DNA of 60,873 nt, filler included, from Circinaria calcarea (Eukaryota): NCBI GenBank assembly GCA_051942165.1. It is 4 parts of 4 records of this genome, joined end to end, with 100 filler letters (N's around TTAATTAATTAA, not from the genome) between each part and the next. Parts side by side here need not be neighbours in the genome. Positions count along the whole stretch, not along the records: positions 15,292 to 30,434 come from JAVECS010000384.1; positions 30,535 to 45,663 come from JAVECS010000385.1; 2 more parts are not named here. One strand, given 5' to 3'. Below are positions 25,671 to 37,521 of this stretch, one piece after another (the first letter of the stretch is position 1; each line of letters opens with the position of its first letter). The notes below the pieces were generated by a model that ran no database searches, had not been told where the DNA came from, and saw nothing but the letters and a program-made list of their open reading frames with translations. The position numbers and the translations under genes are program-made.

Positions 25671-26723
25671 TTAGAGGCCAGCGTGCTGCTGATCTTTCAG
25701 AATAGCCTGCTTGAAGTCGTTTGAAGGCCGGCTAATGGGGACCTCCAACATATTCTTGTCCTGGGCTCTGCAGCAGGTCCAGCATTCCTGAACAAATATA
25801 TCAGTCTTTCGTCATATGAACGATAACGCCATATTGCTATTTAACTTACACCAAACTGCCTCGCGTACTATGAAGTCTGCATTAGTAAAGAATCTCGATT
25901 TGAGAGTTACAGTCTTACCCAGGGCTTCTTGCATGTCGGCTTCTCTTCATAGCATATCAACAGGCAAACTTCACCATCGTCATTATCCAATTTATGTGCG
26001 AGGCTTTCCTTCTCCTCGATGATATTGATTGCATGGGTTGGGCCACTTGACACAAAAAGCACTGAAGAAGAATCCCGATGTGTACAGCAGGTCCAGCATT
26101 CCTAAATAGATATATTAGCTTATTCTTATACGAGCAGTTACAAAGTACTAGCATCAACTTACACCGAATTTCTTTGGGTACTATAGAGTCTTCGTTAGTG
26201 AAATTTTCAACTTGAGAGATATATTCTTACCGATGGGCTCATGCAATCCGGCTCCTCATCCATGCATATCCTTAGGCAAGCTTCGCCATCATCCGCTTTA
26301 TGCACGAGGCCTTTGTTCTCCTCAGGAATACTGACTGCGTGGCTTGGGCTATTTGGTCCAGAAAGCGTTGGGACGGTAGTACGTTGTCTCGTGCAGCAGG
26401 TCCAACATTCCTAAATGGATATGTTAGCTTTTTCAGTATACGAACGGTCACACGATATTAGTGTTGACATACACCGAACTTCTTTGCATACTAGGAAGTT
26501 TATATTAGCAAGATCCTCGACTGGAAGAACATATTCTGACCGAGGGTCTCATGCATGCCGGTTTCTCTAGATAGCATATTGCCAGGCAGATTTCACGACT
26601 ATCATCTATTTTGTGTGCGAGACCACTATTCCCTTCGCTTGGTCTCATTGAAACAGTATACGAAAGGGGAGAAGCCGTGGCCAAGGTGGCAAGGGTGGCC
26701 GCTCCGATAATTGTAAGCTTCAT
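25671..26723 (-). CDS. Secreted 238-aa protein with three tandem 6-Cys modules; 7 exons: 26723-26541, 26490-26473, 26410-26231, 26180-26163, 26101-25919, 25867-25850, 25787-25671
   Basis: Six GT-AG introns of 50-62 nt with CTRAY branch sites give one uninterrupted ORF; signal peptide MKLTIIGAATLATLATA; modules CLAICYLEKPACMRPSYAKKFGECWTCC, CLRICMDEEPDCMSPSYPKKFGECWTCC, CLLICYEEKPTCKKPWYARQFGECWTCC. Confidence 0.88.
25745..26640. repeat. Three diverged direct repeats of ~310 bp (exon plus intron units)
   Basis: cagcaggtccaRcattcct recurs at ~25771, ~26085 and ~26394; splice donors spaced 310 and 312 bp; introns are also similar; outer limits approximate. Confidence 0.9.
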
Positions 26724-26839
26724 CTTGCACTTCGGATATAGTGGCACAGGCCTGTGCTGGGAAATATTGTTTTTGCTATGGGTGTAAGTTGAGATGTCCG
26801 AACGGTGGAGCCAGGTTTGAACAGACAGGATGGATCTGA

Positions 26840-26845
26840 TTTATA
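26840..26845 (-). promoter_or_regulatory. Putative TATA box of the Cys-rich repeat gene
   Basis: TATAAA on the minus strand ~120 nt upstream of ATG 26723. Confidence 0.45.
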
Positions 26846-29291
26846 CATCTAGACTCGAGGGAGCAACTTGGATTCGGAGTGAACCAAATCGATCGGGACA
26901 CTGCATGTGTGCAAACTATTGGTGTACAGAATGTTCTTCGCTCCATGCACCTTGTACGTAAACTGCCGCCCCTTTGTATCCAGTTAAAGCCTTGAAGCAA
27001 TCATTGTAGATCATTCATAGGCTATAAGACCTCCGCATTCATGCAGACGGTCCGGGGACGCAGTTCATCTGCATCTCGATAAAAAGACACGATATAGTAC
27101 CGAGAGGTAGACATGGCTGATCGCAGATGATTGGGGCTTTATAAAAGTAGAAAATCATTTCGGGAATGGGGGCCATGTAGAGCTACTGCAGCGGACGTAG
27201 CTAACCACTAAAGGCGGAAACAGCATGGAAAGGTTAGTACACGAAAGTAGCAAAAGGAGAAGGTCTGCAGGATGTAAGCCTAAAGGCAAAAGGTCATGCC
27301 AATAAATAAGGATCGAGATTGACCGGGTTTATTCATTCGTAATTGCCATTGAGGCGCTGACGAAATCCGGTCTCGACCCAGCTACCTAAGCCAAACATCG
27401 CGGCCCGTTTTGCAGATTGGATGGCATTACCTTACCTTAGCCCAGCTTGAAGCTTACGCCCAGCCGGCATTTTTCTCACGAGGTATACGGGCTAAAATTT
27501 CATGTCTGGGTCGGGGGAGATCCTGTAATAGAACTGCAAACACTCCCTCGTGCAATTGGCATTTCGTGAAGGAGACGAAAATTGGTGAAAGGTGAAACAT
27601 TGGCTCTACTCCATTCGGGCTCTATGGATGTTAATGAATAGTCGGCGTTCCATGGTACCAGTAGTTCTGAGAGCGTCCTCTCTGTTGACTTGGAGTGCGC
27701 GTACGGAGTAGGTACGAAGCACATGTGAATCTTTCGCCTTGATGCGGTAACTCGGAAGCACGACCTGTTCGCCAATCTCGATCAGCCGAAGCCCCCCCCA
27801 ACGGGTAGCGCGGAATTAGAATTACTACCGTACGGCTTACATGCACCTTTACCTTTGTAAGAGGAGCTTCAGCAACGAGTTGATTTGGTACCTATACTCC
27901 GTACGGCCCAGCCAAGCCATTGCAGGAGTTTCCCATGCATCTCCACACGAGCCTGCAATGGAGCTTATGCCGGGTCTCGAGAGGGCATAGCTTAACCATT
28001 GCTATCTTAGCTGGCTTGGGGTCTTGGAGCCCTGTATGTGACCATATACACGACTTGTCATCATCCCTCTTCAAGGTGCTAAGGGGATGGGGTTTGTGCG
28101 GTCTCGAATTAATGATCCAGGCCACGGATATGAATTGAAGCGCTGCCTCGAGTATTAGGCAGTCGCTTTTCGAAAACATCTCTATAGACGCCAAGGTAGT
28201 CCTTATGATCGTGGTCTTCGGATTGGTCCCCACAGAGATGATCGAAATGCTTCCCAGCGAATACCTCCTAATATGCCAATCAATAATTGACACGGAGTGT
28301 TAATTTTTATTGATTGGCGATCGATCGATCGCGTCAGTCTGACCGAATCGGTTGCAGCTCAATGATGCTCAGATGGTAAGCGGACGATGGTTCAAAACTG
28401 CCCCGATCTGTTGGGAAGTGCCAATTCAAGTCACTCATGTCAATTCCCTCGCCATATCTCCCCTCCCAGCCGTTATTCGTTCTTTTGTTTCCCTTTTAAG
28501 GTCTTAGTCTAATATATTCTCAAGGAGAACACTCGCATAGCCGTTATATTCTTTTCCACTGTAGATCTCGATCTATCTCTTCTCGTGTACGCTTTCATAT
28601 GCGTATAGACGACTAAGAGAAAGTTCCGATGTAAGGGTGGCTAGGGCGTCCATTGGAACCCGTTCTATGATAGGCTAGAAATACACAAAAAGGCAAGATG
28701 CTGTACGTCCTTTCGTAAGCTATTTCCTGAGCTGGCATGACAAGGCCGTGCGGGGGCACTTGGCATCCCAGACTGGCCCTCGTATTTATGCACACCCAAG
28801 GGATTTAATATAATCTAAATAGGTAAAACTTAGTAGAAGCACCAGCTAGAGGGGTAATATAGAGATATTGCCTTTTCCCAGGCTTGATCCTCAGTAATCA
28901 AGCTAGGCATCACACCCTTTGTGGACCAGGGTCGTCGGGAGAGTAGCAATCTTCTGTCCAGAGGAGCCCAGACATGGCGGGTGTATTGCTTACACACTAT
29001 TAACCTGAGCTGCGCTGAGGAGTCGATGCATTGATCCTGCTCCGCAACACCGGTGACCAGATGATGCATCACCGACGTCGTGTGTCTGCTTATGAGAGGC
29101 CTTGCGAGTGAGCTCGGCCCACACTTTCTTCCTTGCCGAGATTTCACGGCTAGCGGAATGGCGCTAAGGATAATAGCCGGGAGAAGGAACGTCAATACGA
29201 ACTTAGCCCACCGGCCTGGTCGATAACTAATCGGTACAGAAATCGAATTGCTTGAGACGACACGACAAAATCCCTCAGTTCTCAGTAGACA

Positions 29292-29851
29292 ATGGCACCC
29301 CCATTTCTACTATCTTTCCTGTACCCTCGTCCTCCTCCGCGACTGTCTCTGATCCGAAGCTGTCTCCGTACCATATCCACCACTCGCCCTCTACGGCAAG
29401 AAGGTATAGATAGCTAGCTGCCCCCATTCAGCGGACCTTACCTCGTAAAAGAAAAAGCAAATCCTGACATCGTATATTCAGCGTCAGCCATCACCGCGCC
29501 TCCCCAACCCCAGGGCCCCTCACAGGGAACCTCCTCCGTCCTCCTCACCTACCACGTCAACCGCACACCCTCCCAGCAACTCCCCGTCTACCACCTCGCC
29601 AAGCGCGGCGGGAACCTCAAGCAAACGCGGATCCGGAAGATCAGCGGGGATGTCGCAAGTCTGCGGCAAGATCTCCAGCAGGCGCTGGGCTTGAGGGAAG
29701 AGCATATCGTGATTAACCAGTTGACCAAACATATCATTATCAAGGTAAGAAGTAATGGAGCGGAGCTTTCTTTCCTTGGCTTATGATTGGGATGATCTAG
29801 GGTTGGAAGAAAACCGAGGTAGCCAAGTTTCTGCAGGAGAAACGGTTCTAG
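29292..29851 (+). CDS. IMG2: Mitochondrial ribosomal protein mL49/Img2 (3 exons; absent from ORF track)
   Basis: YHVNRTPSQQLPVYHLAKRGGNLKQTRIRKISGD...INQLTKHIIIK|GWKKTEVAKFLQEKRF*. Confidence 0.9.
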
Positions 29852-30434
29852 AGGGGCCATATAGGATCCACGAATTGTTGCGGGTGTACCTCCAGGAGGT
29901 TGAGATGGTACGGGGCTATCTGCAATCGACATCAAGAGGGCCGTCATACGGGGGTGCCGCTCAGCCTCGAATTTCTGAACCGCTTGGCGCAAATCTAATA
30001 GCTGGCCAAAGCTGACACTTGAGTATCGCGGGAAGCCGATATACCAAGACACAAACTTACTGGCCTTTATAAGTGAGCTTGTCGGCGCTGAATACTTGGC
30101 TTCCTTTATTAGAGGGGGTTGCTTTCTAGCATGATATCAGGAAAGCCCGGATGGTTGGGTGGAACCGCTCTAGTACTATATTGAGGCTTTGTCTCTAAAA
30201 GAAAATTTGGACAGAAGCCATTGGAATGGGTGAAGGCTTGATCAGACCGGCTTTTATTTCTGTGCAAAAAGATCTAGGTAGCGTCCCCGAAAGGCTAACA
30301 TGGTTACCGCTGTTGCTTCAGAAACAGGCCGTACTTTGCCAATCCTCACATCCAAAACGCGCCTCGCTATGCCCATGCGGATCTAAAAGTCACTCATTCG
30401 CAGCTGTTCGTTCAAGTCTCGAGGACAACTCCTC

Positions 30435-30534
30435 NNNNNNNNNNNNNNNNNNNNNNNNNNNNNNNNNNNNNNNNNNNNTTAATTAATTAANNNNNNNNNN
30501 NNNNNNNNNNNNNNNNNNNNNNNNNNNNNNNNNN
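30435..30534. other. Artificial contig-joining linker
   Basis: 44N-TTAATTAATTAA-44N. Confidence 0.97.
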
Positions 30535-31649
30535 GGTGGCAGTTCCACCAAGATCCTTGGTTTTGATGCCGGCTTCGCATACATTTTCAATGCAGCTCAA
30601 CAAACCTTCAGCAGCATCTTTGTGCCCTAACCACCGAATCATCTCTGCTGCCGTCCAAAACGTAGCCACCGGGTTCGCGATCCCCTTACCCGTAATATCA
30701 AATGCGCTACCATGAATGGGCTCAAACATACTCGGATTCTGCCGGGTGGGATCTAGATTACTCGTAGGTGCGATTCCTATGGAACCTGCGAGCGAAGCGG
30801 CTAGGTCACTCAAGATATCGGCGTGTAGATTAGTGGCCACAATAGTATCGAGAGTAGATGGGTGCAGGACCATACGTGTGGTCATGGCGTCCACTAGCAT
30901 TTTATCCCAAGTCACGTCTGGGAAATCCTTGGCCACTATGGCGGCCACTTCGTCCCACAGTACCAATCCGTTCCTCTGTGCATTGCTTTTGGTCACCACG
31001 GTGATTTTCTTCCTCGCCCTCCTCTGGGCGGTCTCGAAAGCGAACCTCATGAGTCTCTCCACCCCGTGTCGGGTGAAGACGGCTACCTCTGTGGCTACCT
31101 CCCACGGCTGGCCGATGTGAGAGCGCCCGCCTTGACCGGCGTATTCGCCCTCGGAGTTCTCGCGAATGATCACCCAGTCGAGGTCGCCGGGTTCGCAATC
31201 CCGTAACGGAGAGGTAGTGCCGCGCAGTATCTTGATCGGGCGGACATTTGCGTATTGTTGCAGGGGCTGGCAAATTGCCAGCCGGAGACCCCAGAGCGAG
31301 AGATGGTCCGGTACGTCTGGAATTGGAAAATCAGTCGGACTTCGGCATATTCGGGTCCCAGCTCCAGTAAGGAAGGACTAATACCGGGTGCACCCACGGA
31401 GCCAAAGAAGATGGCATCGAACTTCTTCAGTGACTCTAGACCGTCGTCGGGTATATATCTACCGTGCTTCTTGTAGTAGTCACTACCCCATTCGATGTGA
31501 TCGACGTGCAATTCAAAGACTCGCGTTGCGGCGCCGAGCTTGTGAAGCACTTGCATGCCAGCACTGATGACTTCCGGCCCAATGCCATCACCGGGTATGG
31601 AGGCTATCTTGTAGATTCGTCTGGCGTCGTGTATCGTGCTCGGAGACAT
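30535..31649 (-). CDS. Tartrate/D-malate dehydrogenase (decarboxylating; IDH/IPMDH family), 3' end truncated by contig end
   Basis: IASIPGDGIGPEV, IRENSEGEY, VTKSNAQRNG, TNLHADILSDL, SMFEPIHGSAFDITGKGIANP; one intron near 31320-31383. Confidence 0.9.
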
Positions 31650-32007
31650 GGTAGCTCCTCAGACGGCTTGATCATTGTTGAGCGCCGGTGGGCTATCGTA
31701 CTGTGGCATGCAGAGAGGGCAGCCATGACGTCGGTATCGAGAGAGGATCGCGCCATTTGGCCTGCGTGTATCTATTCGCCAGTTTCAAAACGTATGTTCC
31801 CAGGGGGCTGCCCGTCTCTCGTATCAGGGCTATCTAGATAATACAACGGATATTTGTGGAATTGGGATGCGGGACCGGCCACCTACTAGCCTAAACCCTA
31901 AGCGCTAGCTGAATTTGGAGAAGGACATAAACTTCCAGACAACAAACCCATACCTTTATTTACAGCTTCAACTGTAGTCCACCGACCGCCTCAGTTACCT
32001 GCTTCTC

Positions 32008-32726
32008 ATGCCTCCCTTTCTCCGCTCGTTCCGACCATCCCACCTATTCCAGCGCTCCGCCATCCGGCCCACCCTCCTCACCCTCGGGACCTTCGCAACA
32101 TGGCTCCCCCTCTACATCTTCTTCCACGACCACATTGCGCAATTGATGTGGGTGACGGGGCCCTCCATGTATCCCTTCCTCAACTCGGACTACAATTCGA
32201 CTACGAAGAAAGACGTCGTGTTTGTGGATATGCGGGATCCGTGGAAGGATCTAAAGAGGGGGATGATTGTTGCGTTTTGGTAGGGCAGGTTCCATGGCAA
32301 AGGGAATTCCCCGCCGGCTTACGCTGACGGGTTATCGCTGATTAGGTCACCCTTCAACCCAGATCGAGTGGTGGTGAAGCGCGTTGTTGCGGTAGAAGGC
32401 GATGAGGTTGTGACGAAACAGCCATATCCATTTCCACAGGAGATCGTACCAAAGGGCCATATCTGGGTCGAAGGAGAACACCCGGAGCAGAGATTGAGTA
32501 TGGACAGCAATACCTACGGCCCGGTACACCTTAGTCCTCTCCAAGCGCTTGATGCCAGCTGCTAAAGTATGGAGTTTAGATTTCAAACAGTCTAATCGTA
32601 GGTAAAGTCATAGGCATCGTCTGGCCTTTATCGAAGGCGGGCAGAATACGGTGGGAGGATTATAGAGGTAGCTCGAGGGTCCTTGAAAGGAGACACAACT
32701 TCGATCATCAGAAACTATATCCGTAA
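32008..32726 (+). CDS. IMP2: Mitochondrial inner membrane peptidase subunit (S26 family, Imp2-like), 3 exons
   Basis: GPSMYP catalytic Ser, VVKRVVAVEGD catalytic Lys, VPKGHIWVEG, DSNTYGP|ISNSLIVGKVIGIVWP; Imp1 not fully excluded. Confidence 0.8.
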
Positions 32727-33079
32727 GGTCTATTCCGACGATATATCCATGCTCAAGATGTGCACGGTACTCGTTTCGATCAAACAGCATTCAATCGGCC
32801 GTCTTTAACACTGCAGCTAGCGCTCTCAACACTTCAAGCAAAAGCCGCCTTGGCACGCCTTCTTTATATAGGAATGCTGTCTTCATTATCGCACACCTAT
32901 ACAGGGAGGTTTTGTTCCAAGTACAAATTGACATGACACTTGAGGGCATGCCAAACTATCGGAGAACTGACTGCAAAACGTATGTTCGTTCCTCGAGTAT
33001 GTACTACCCACTCTAAAAGATATACCCAACGCCTCGCTAAGAATAGGACCAATTGATCTAGGTCATATGTTCATAGAGC

Positions 33080-36000
33080 TCACTTGTCAGGGATGACTCT
33101 GATCTCTTCATCTTGGTGCAAACGTTCAATCTCCATTCCGATGCTCATAACCCAGCGGTCTCGCTCAGCTCGGCTTCTTGTCTTGAACACGGTCGAACGG
33201 CCAGTTACTCCAAGTCTCGAAACGTATGTGAGTCGCCTTCGAGTTTTGCCCTTTGCTTCCTCCGCATCGGTCATGAAAAACGACTTCCTTTGACTAGACC
33301 AGATTACGAAGCAAGTTGCTGTATCGTCGTCAGAAGATGTCCAATTATCTTCGAGGTAGACCCGTGGCAAGGCGTGACGCCCAGGGTGGTTACTATCGAA
33401 AGTTCGATTTTGGTATAGGAGGTCGCCTTCTGTGATCAAACCGCTATATATGTAGCAATTCTTGAGATCGAGTGCCTGCTGCAGCTCATTATGGACATGT
33501 GGTACTTCCTTCCCAGTGGATCTGCGAAGAGTTCCTTGGAAGATAAGAAGCTGGCCATGGCAAAGTATCACACTACACCGTTGAAAGGTGGACCTTGTAC
33601 GAGGTTTTCGATACAGAACACCGGCCATCTGAAAGAGGGTTAGTACGACAAAAAGACAGAGCGAGTAGCCTTCACGAACTGTGATAGCACGACAACAAGA
33701 AATACCGCACATGTTAAAAAGTTGTGGTGATGCCACCGATCTGGACACTTCCCACTTCTGAGCAAATTGGCCAAGCGCAGATTCCATTTCTTCATCAATG
33801 TTTAGCCGCTCCAGGTTCATCTGACGAACTATTTTATAGGTCTTTACGTCTTCTGCAATCCGGATCTTCCAATATTCAGTGAGTTGACGGAGTCGAACCA
33901 TCCATGCATTTTTGGTGACCTTGTCATAAGCCTGAAGTCTTACAACAAGTCCATTTCTCAGGAGCAGTTCGAAGGACTGCTCGATCTCATCCTGCCCTAG
34001 ACTCGTACTGTTGCCAGAAGTATCTCCTCCATCTTCGTCACCGTGAACGTACGGTTCTTGACTTGGTGCCTGATCCGTAGCCGGACTCTGCTTTCGAACA
34101 TGACGAACACGTGTGACATGACAGAGATTTATATAGCCTTCCGTTTGTAGCAATGCGTTCACCTTACGCTCCGCTTCGTCATGTGCGTTCTGATCATGAT
34201 ACCTTCTTTGGGCCGCGTTCGTCTTCATGAGCCACGCTAATTGTCCCTTTTCAACTGGATATGGATTCACAGCATATATAAAAGGGAGCTTATCCGCAAT
34301 TTCAATTGCGGTGCGAACATGATTTCCATGGTGATCTGGAGTAGTAGGTGGCGGAGGAGGTATTGCCCTCGCGGGTCTGCAGAAGCAAAGAAACTGATTG
34401 TGGGTGGAGAAGTACAGTCTCTTAGAGAATCTTTTTCCAAATCGCTGATCCCGACCCTTCTGAGATGTGAGTCGAATTAAGAACCCCTCGACCGGCGCGG
34501 GCTCTTCTCTGGAGCTGCCCCCGTCGGTGGAGATCGTCGTGGGGTAATGCTGCTTCGGACGAAGCTCAAGGTCATGCGTTTTCTGCATTGCTAGTGTACC
34601 GTACATCTTTTGTTCGTTGGCTCCATATACCCATTCCAGGCGATCGAATCTTTTCCAGGCCAACCCCATCTTCTCATGGCTGAGCCAGATTCTGACCACA
34701 TCACCCCATTCAGGGGATTTCTCCAGTATCTTCATGCATCGCGCGATGATACTGCTTGCAACAACTCTTTCCAAGGCCATAGTCTTCATTATAGCCGTCA
34801 TGTCCTCTCTGCTGTTTTGTGCTGCATTTCTCGTATTCTCCAATTCTTCAAATGGATTGTCGAGTTGCACAGTTATATCGAGGTCAGGCACGTTTACTTG
34901 AAGGACTTCGGAGCGTTTCCACCCAAGAGTGCTGCGTAAAAAGGTATACCATTCGACACCACTAGCAGGTGATTGAGGTCTTAAAAGATAAGTCCTCGTG
35001 CCTGTCTTCCAAGGGATCCAGATTACTATAGTCTTGTCTAAAGATGAATACAAGTTTAACTTAGTGGTTTTACGTTCGAGCGGGATCGAATAGGCATAGC
35101 TCTTTTGAGCATTAGGATGCTCCTTTTCAGGTATGACGCGTGTTTTGTACATTTGAAGCATGAACTTGTTGTTTTCGTTTGAGCCTTTGCGACAGACGAT
35201 GACAAATTCTCTCCACTTTTCAACGAGCCGTGACTCTGCCTTAAGACTGTCGTTCTCGTCGTAATCAGGGGGCAACTCATGCATGGTATAATCGACACGA
35301 ACAAGCATTTTTTCCATCTTGACAATCTCGCCAGGACTGAGCTTGTCACGACGAAGCTGCTTTAGCGATCCACGTCGAATGAAGTTTGCCTTTTTAGCTT
35401 TTACCTGCACTTCGTCCTGTGCAAGCCCGTCAGGAAGATTGAATCTGACGAGGCTCGCTGGAAGGGGAATCGCTTCTGCCGACTCAGCCAGATCAACCTG
35501 TGACGATAGATACTCCTCCGGTACAGCGTCACGAAGTTTGGATGTAGGAGTGGTCGCGTCTGTAGTCAAATTTGCGGCCGAATCTTCTGTCGATATAGAG
35601 CGTCTAATATCAGGCCTTCCATGCGGCAACAAAGAAGATTTCGAGGTGGTTGCGTCACCAGTCTTGGAAGGTTCACCGGCGGAACGACTTGGGTCTTGGA
35701 AGCTACTAGCTATGGAGAATCGTGCAGCCTGCTCTCCATTTGATCCAGTTGTCTCTTCTGTGATCGCAGAGGGCTGTAGGTATTTAGATCGATCCTGCTT
35801 TGTTTCAATTAGAGCAAAATTGACCGGTTCCTCTACACGATTCTCCCGGGCCGTAATGAAGGAAGGTATCACTTTCCGCATGTTTGAAGGTGTGAGAGTA
35901 GTCCCTGATGTATTTTTGGCTTGGGAGCTTTGTGTTGTGAGGGTGGGATGGTTGTTGTCTTGATAGTTGTTTGACGTATCTTGTGCGTCTTGATTTGAAG

Positions 36001-36493
36001 CCTGCTTAACCCCGGTACCAGTGTCGATTTCCACCCCATTGCCCCCATTATTTTCATCTTCATCTTCAGTTGCATTTTCATCTATATCCTCTGGTTGTGG
36101 GAAGCTGTGCCCATAAATTGCAGCAGCCGAAGGTCCGTCAAGACCAGTAATTTGTCGTTTGTGGGAGACTCTAGTGTCTGCTGAGAACGTTGCAGCCCTG
36201 GATGAGTAGCGAGATGTAGGCAATTGACGCTTATACCAGGACTTGTTGTTTTTAAGCCATCCCAAAGGTATCGGACCTATAAAGCAACGGCGGCTTGTGA
36301 TGTGGAGATGCTCTGGAGGGGCATGTTGCTAAAGACCAAAATTAGTAAACGGAACATTGCTGGACTTGACAGAACATACCAACCTGTGGGCAGTGTAAGA
36401 GCCTTGATCTAGCCCATCTTCGGTCTGTGGAGCAACATCATTGCTACTGGCAAGGGGTGGCTCATCTCTCGCCGGGGCTGATTCTGGGCTCAT
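33080..36493 (-). CDS. SPO71: Spo71/Mug56-like PH-domain sporulation protein
   Basis: SYTAHRL|..PEHLHITSRRCFIGPIP, KMEKMLVRV, LYSSLDKTI, AWKRFDRLEW, FKTRSRAERDRWV; 1061-aa ORF includes a read-through intron. Confidence 0.82.
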
Positions 36494-36746
36494 GAAGGGG
36501 GTAAGATAATTCAAGGATGTAGCACAGACAGCCAATATAGCTCAGATTGCACGAAGAAAAATGCGCAATGATAAAGATGGTGGTGGTAATCCTAAAATCA
36601 TGCGGTCGAAGCGATACCGCAGGTCTCCAAATGACGTTGGGGCCAGGGCTCGTTTGCTCTGTTTGCAAGGGGTTCTCAGAAGCACCCCTTTCAAGCAGAC
36701 CGCGTTTCCGGCACCCTACTCAGCACTAACCAGTTCTGCATTCAAA

Positions 36747-37521
36747 ATGGCAGCTGCAAATAGTGGGACGTTCTTTAACAATCTTAGAAGGTCATTCACG
36801 GATGTACCTTTCGACGTAAGCCATGACAATGCCATTGAAACCTCCCCGTTCCTAGAAGCCGCCGAGTCGTTATGTACCCTCTTTGGTATGCCAGCAAAAA
36901 CCCGACTTGCTCTGGGAAAATAGCTAACCTGGCACCGTATAGACATCCTCGGCTCTGTGGCCTTTACGCCAGTGAAAAGCGACATGCTGGGTAACGTCAA
37001 GGTCGGAATCCCCCAAACAACTATCCATCAAATCAACTGATGGTTAGTCTTGAAGAAAATTCGAGACCGACAATTAGCCACTCCAGCTCAATCAGAGAAT
37101 CTACAGTCTTTAGTTGTCAATGAACTAAAGATTAAGAAACACAACGCTACCGAGGGGCTTCTATGGCTGGTCCGGTGCGTCCATCTCGGTACCCATGGTT
37201 GCTTCCAGTGCTGATGAGAGATTTAGTGGACTTGACTTTACGGCACAAGCCCTCAGGCATAACATATCTAACCCCTCGGACGAGCTTTCCACATCATTCC
37301 GAAACGCATACGCTGGAACACTGAAACCACATCATAGCTTCCTAATCAAGCCAGTGTTCAGTGCCGCTATGTCAGCTACTCCCTACCGGAAAGACTTTTA
37401 CGCAAAACTTGATAATGATCCTATAAAGGGCCGCCAGGAGTTAGAGATATGGCTTAGCGCTCTAGAGGAGCGTGTTTCAATACTGAAGCAGTTCCTAGGA
37501 AGGAAAGAAGCGAAATGGTAG
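36747..37521 (+). CDS. Glycolipid transfer protein (GLTP; HET-C2-like), 4 exons
   Basis: FLEAAESLCTLF|DILGSVAFTPVKSDMLGNVK|K...ATEGLLWLVR|GLDFT...AYAGTLKPHHSFLIKPVFSAAMSATPYRKDFY. Confidence 0.93.

Noticed and set aside
25671..26723. Fungal RiPP (dikaritin/KEP) cluster or CRISPR-like array
   Set aside because: No KR-flanked core repeats and no DUF3328 gene nearby; the repeats are ~310-bp spliced coding units
26900..29200. Short ORFs (27892-28293, 28830-29195 and others) between the Cys-rich gene and IMG2
   Set aside because: Non-ATG starts, no motifs and no coherent splice model
30535..31649. Tartrate dehydrogenase as recent bacterial transfer or contamination
   Set aside because: It has a spliceosomal intron and sits beside eukaryotic genes; the family is known in fungi
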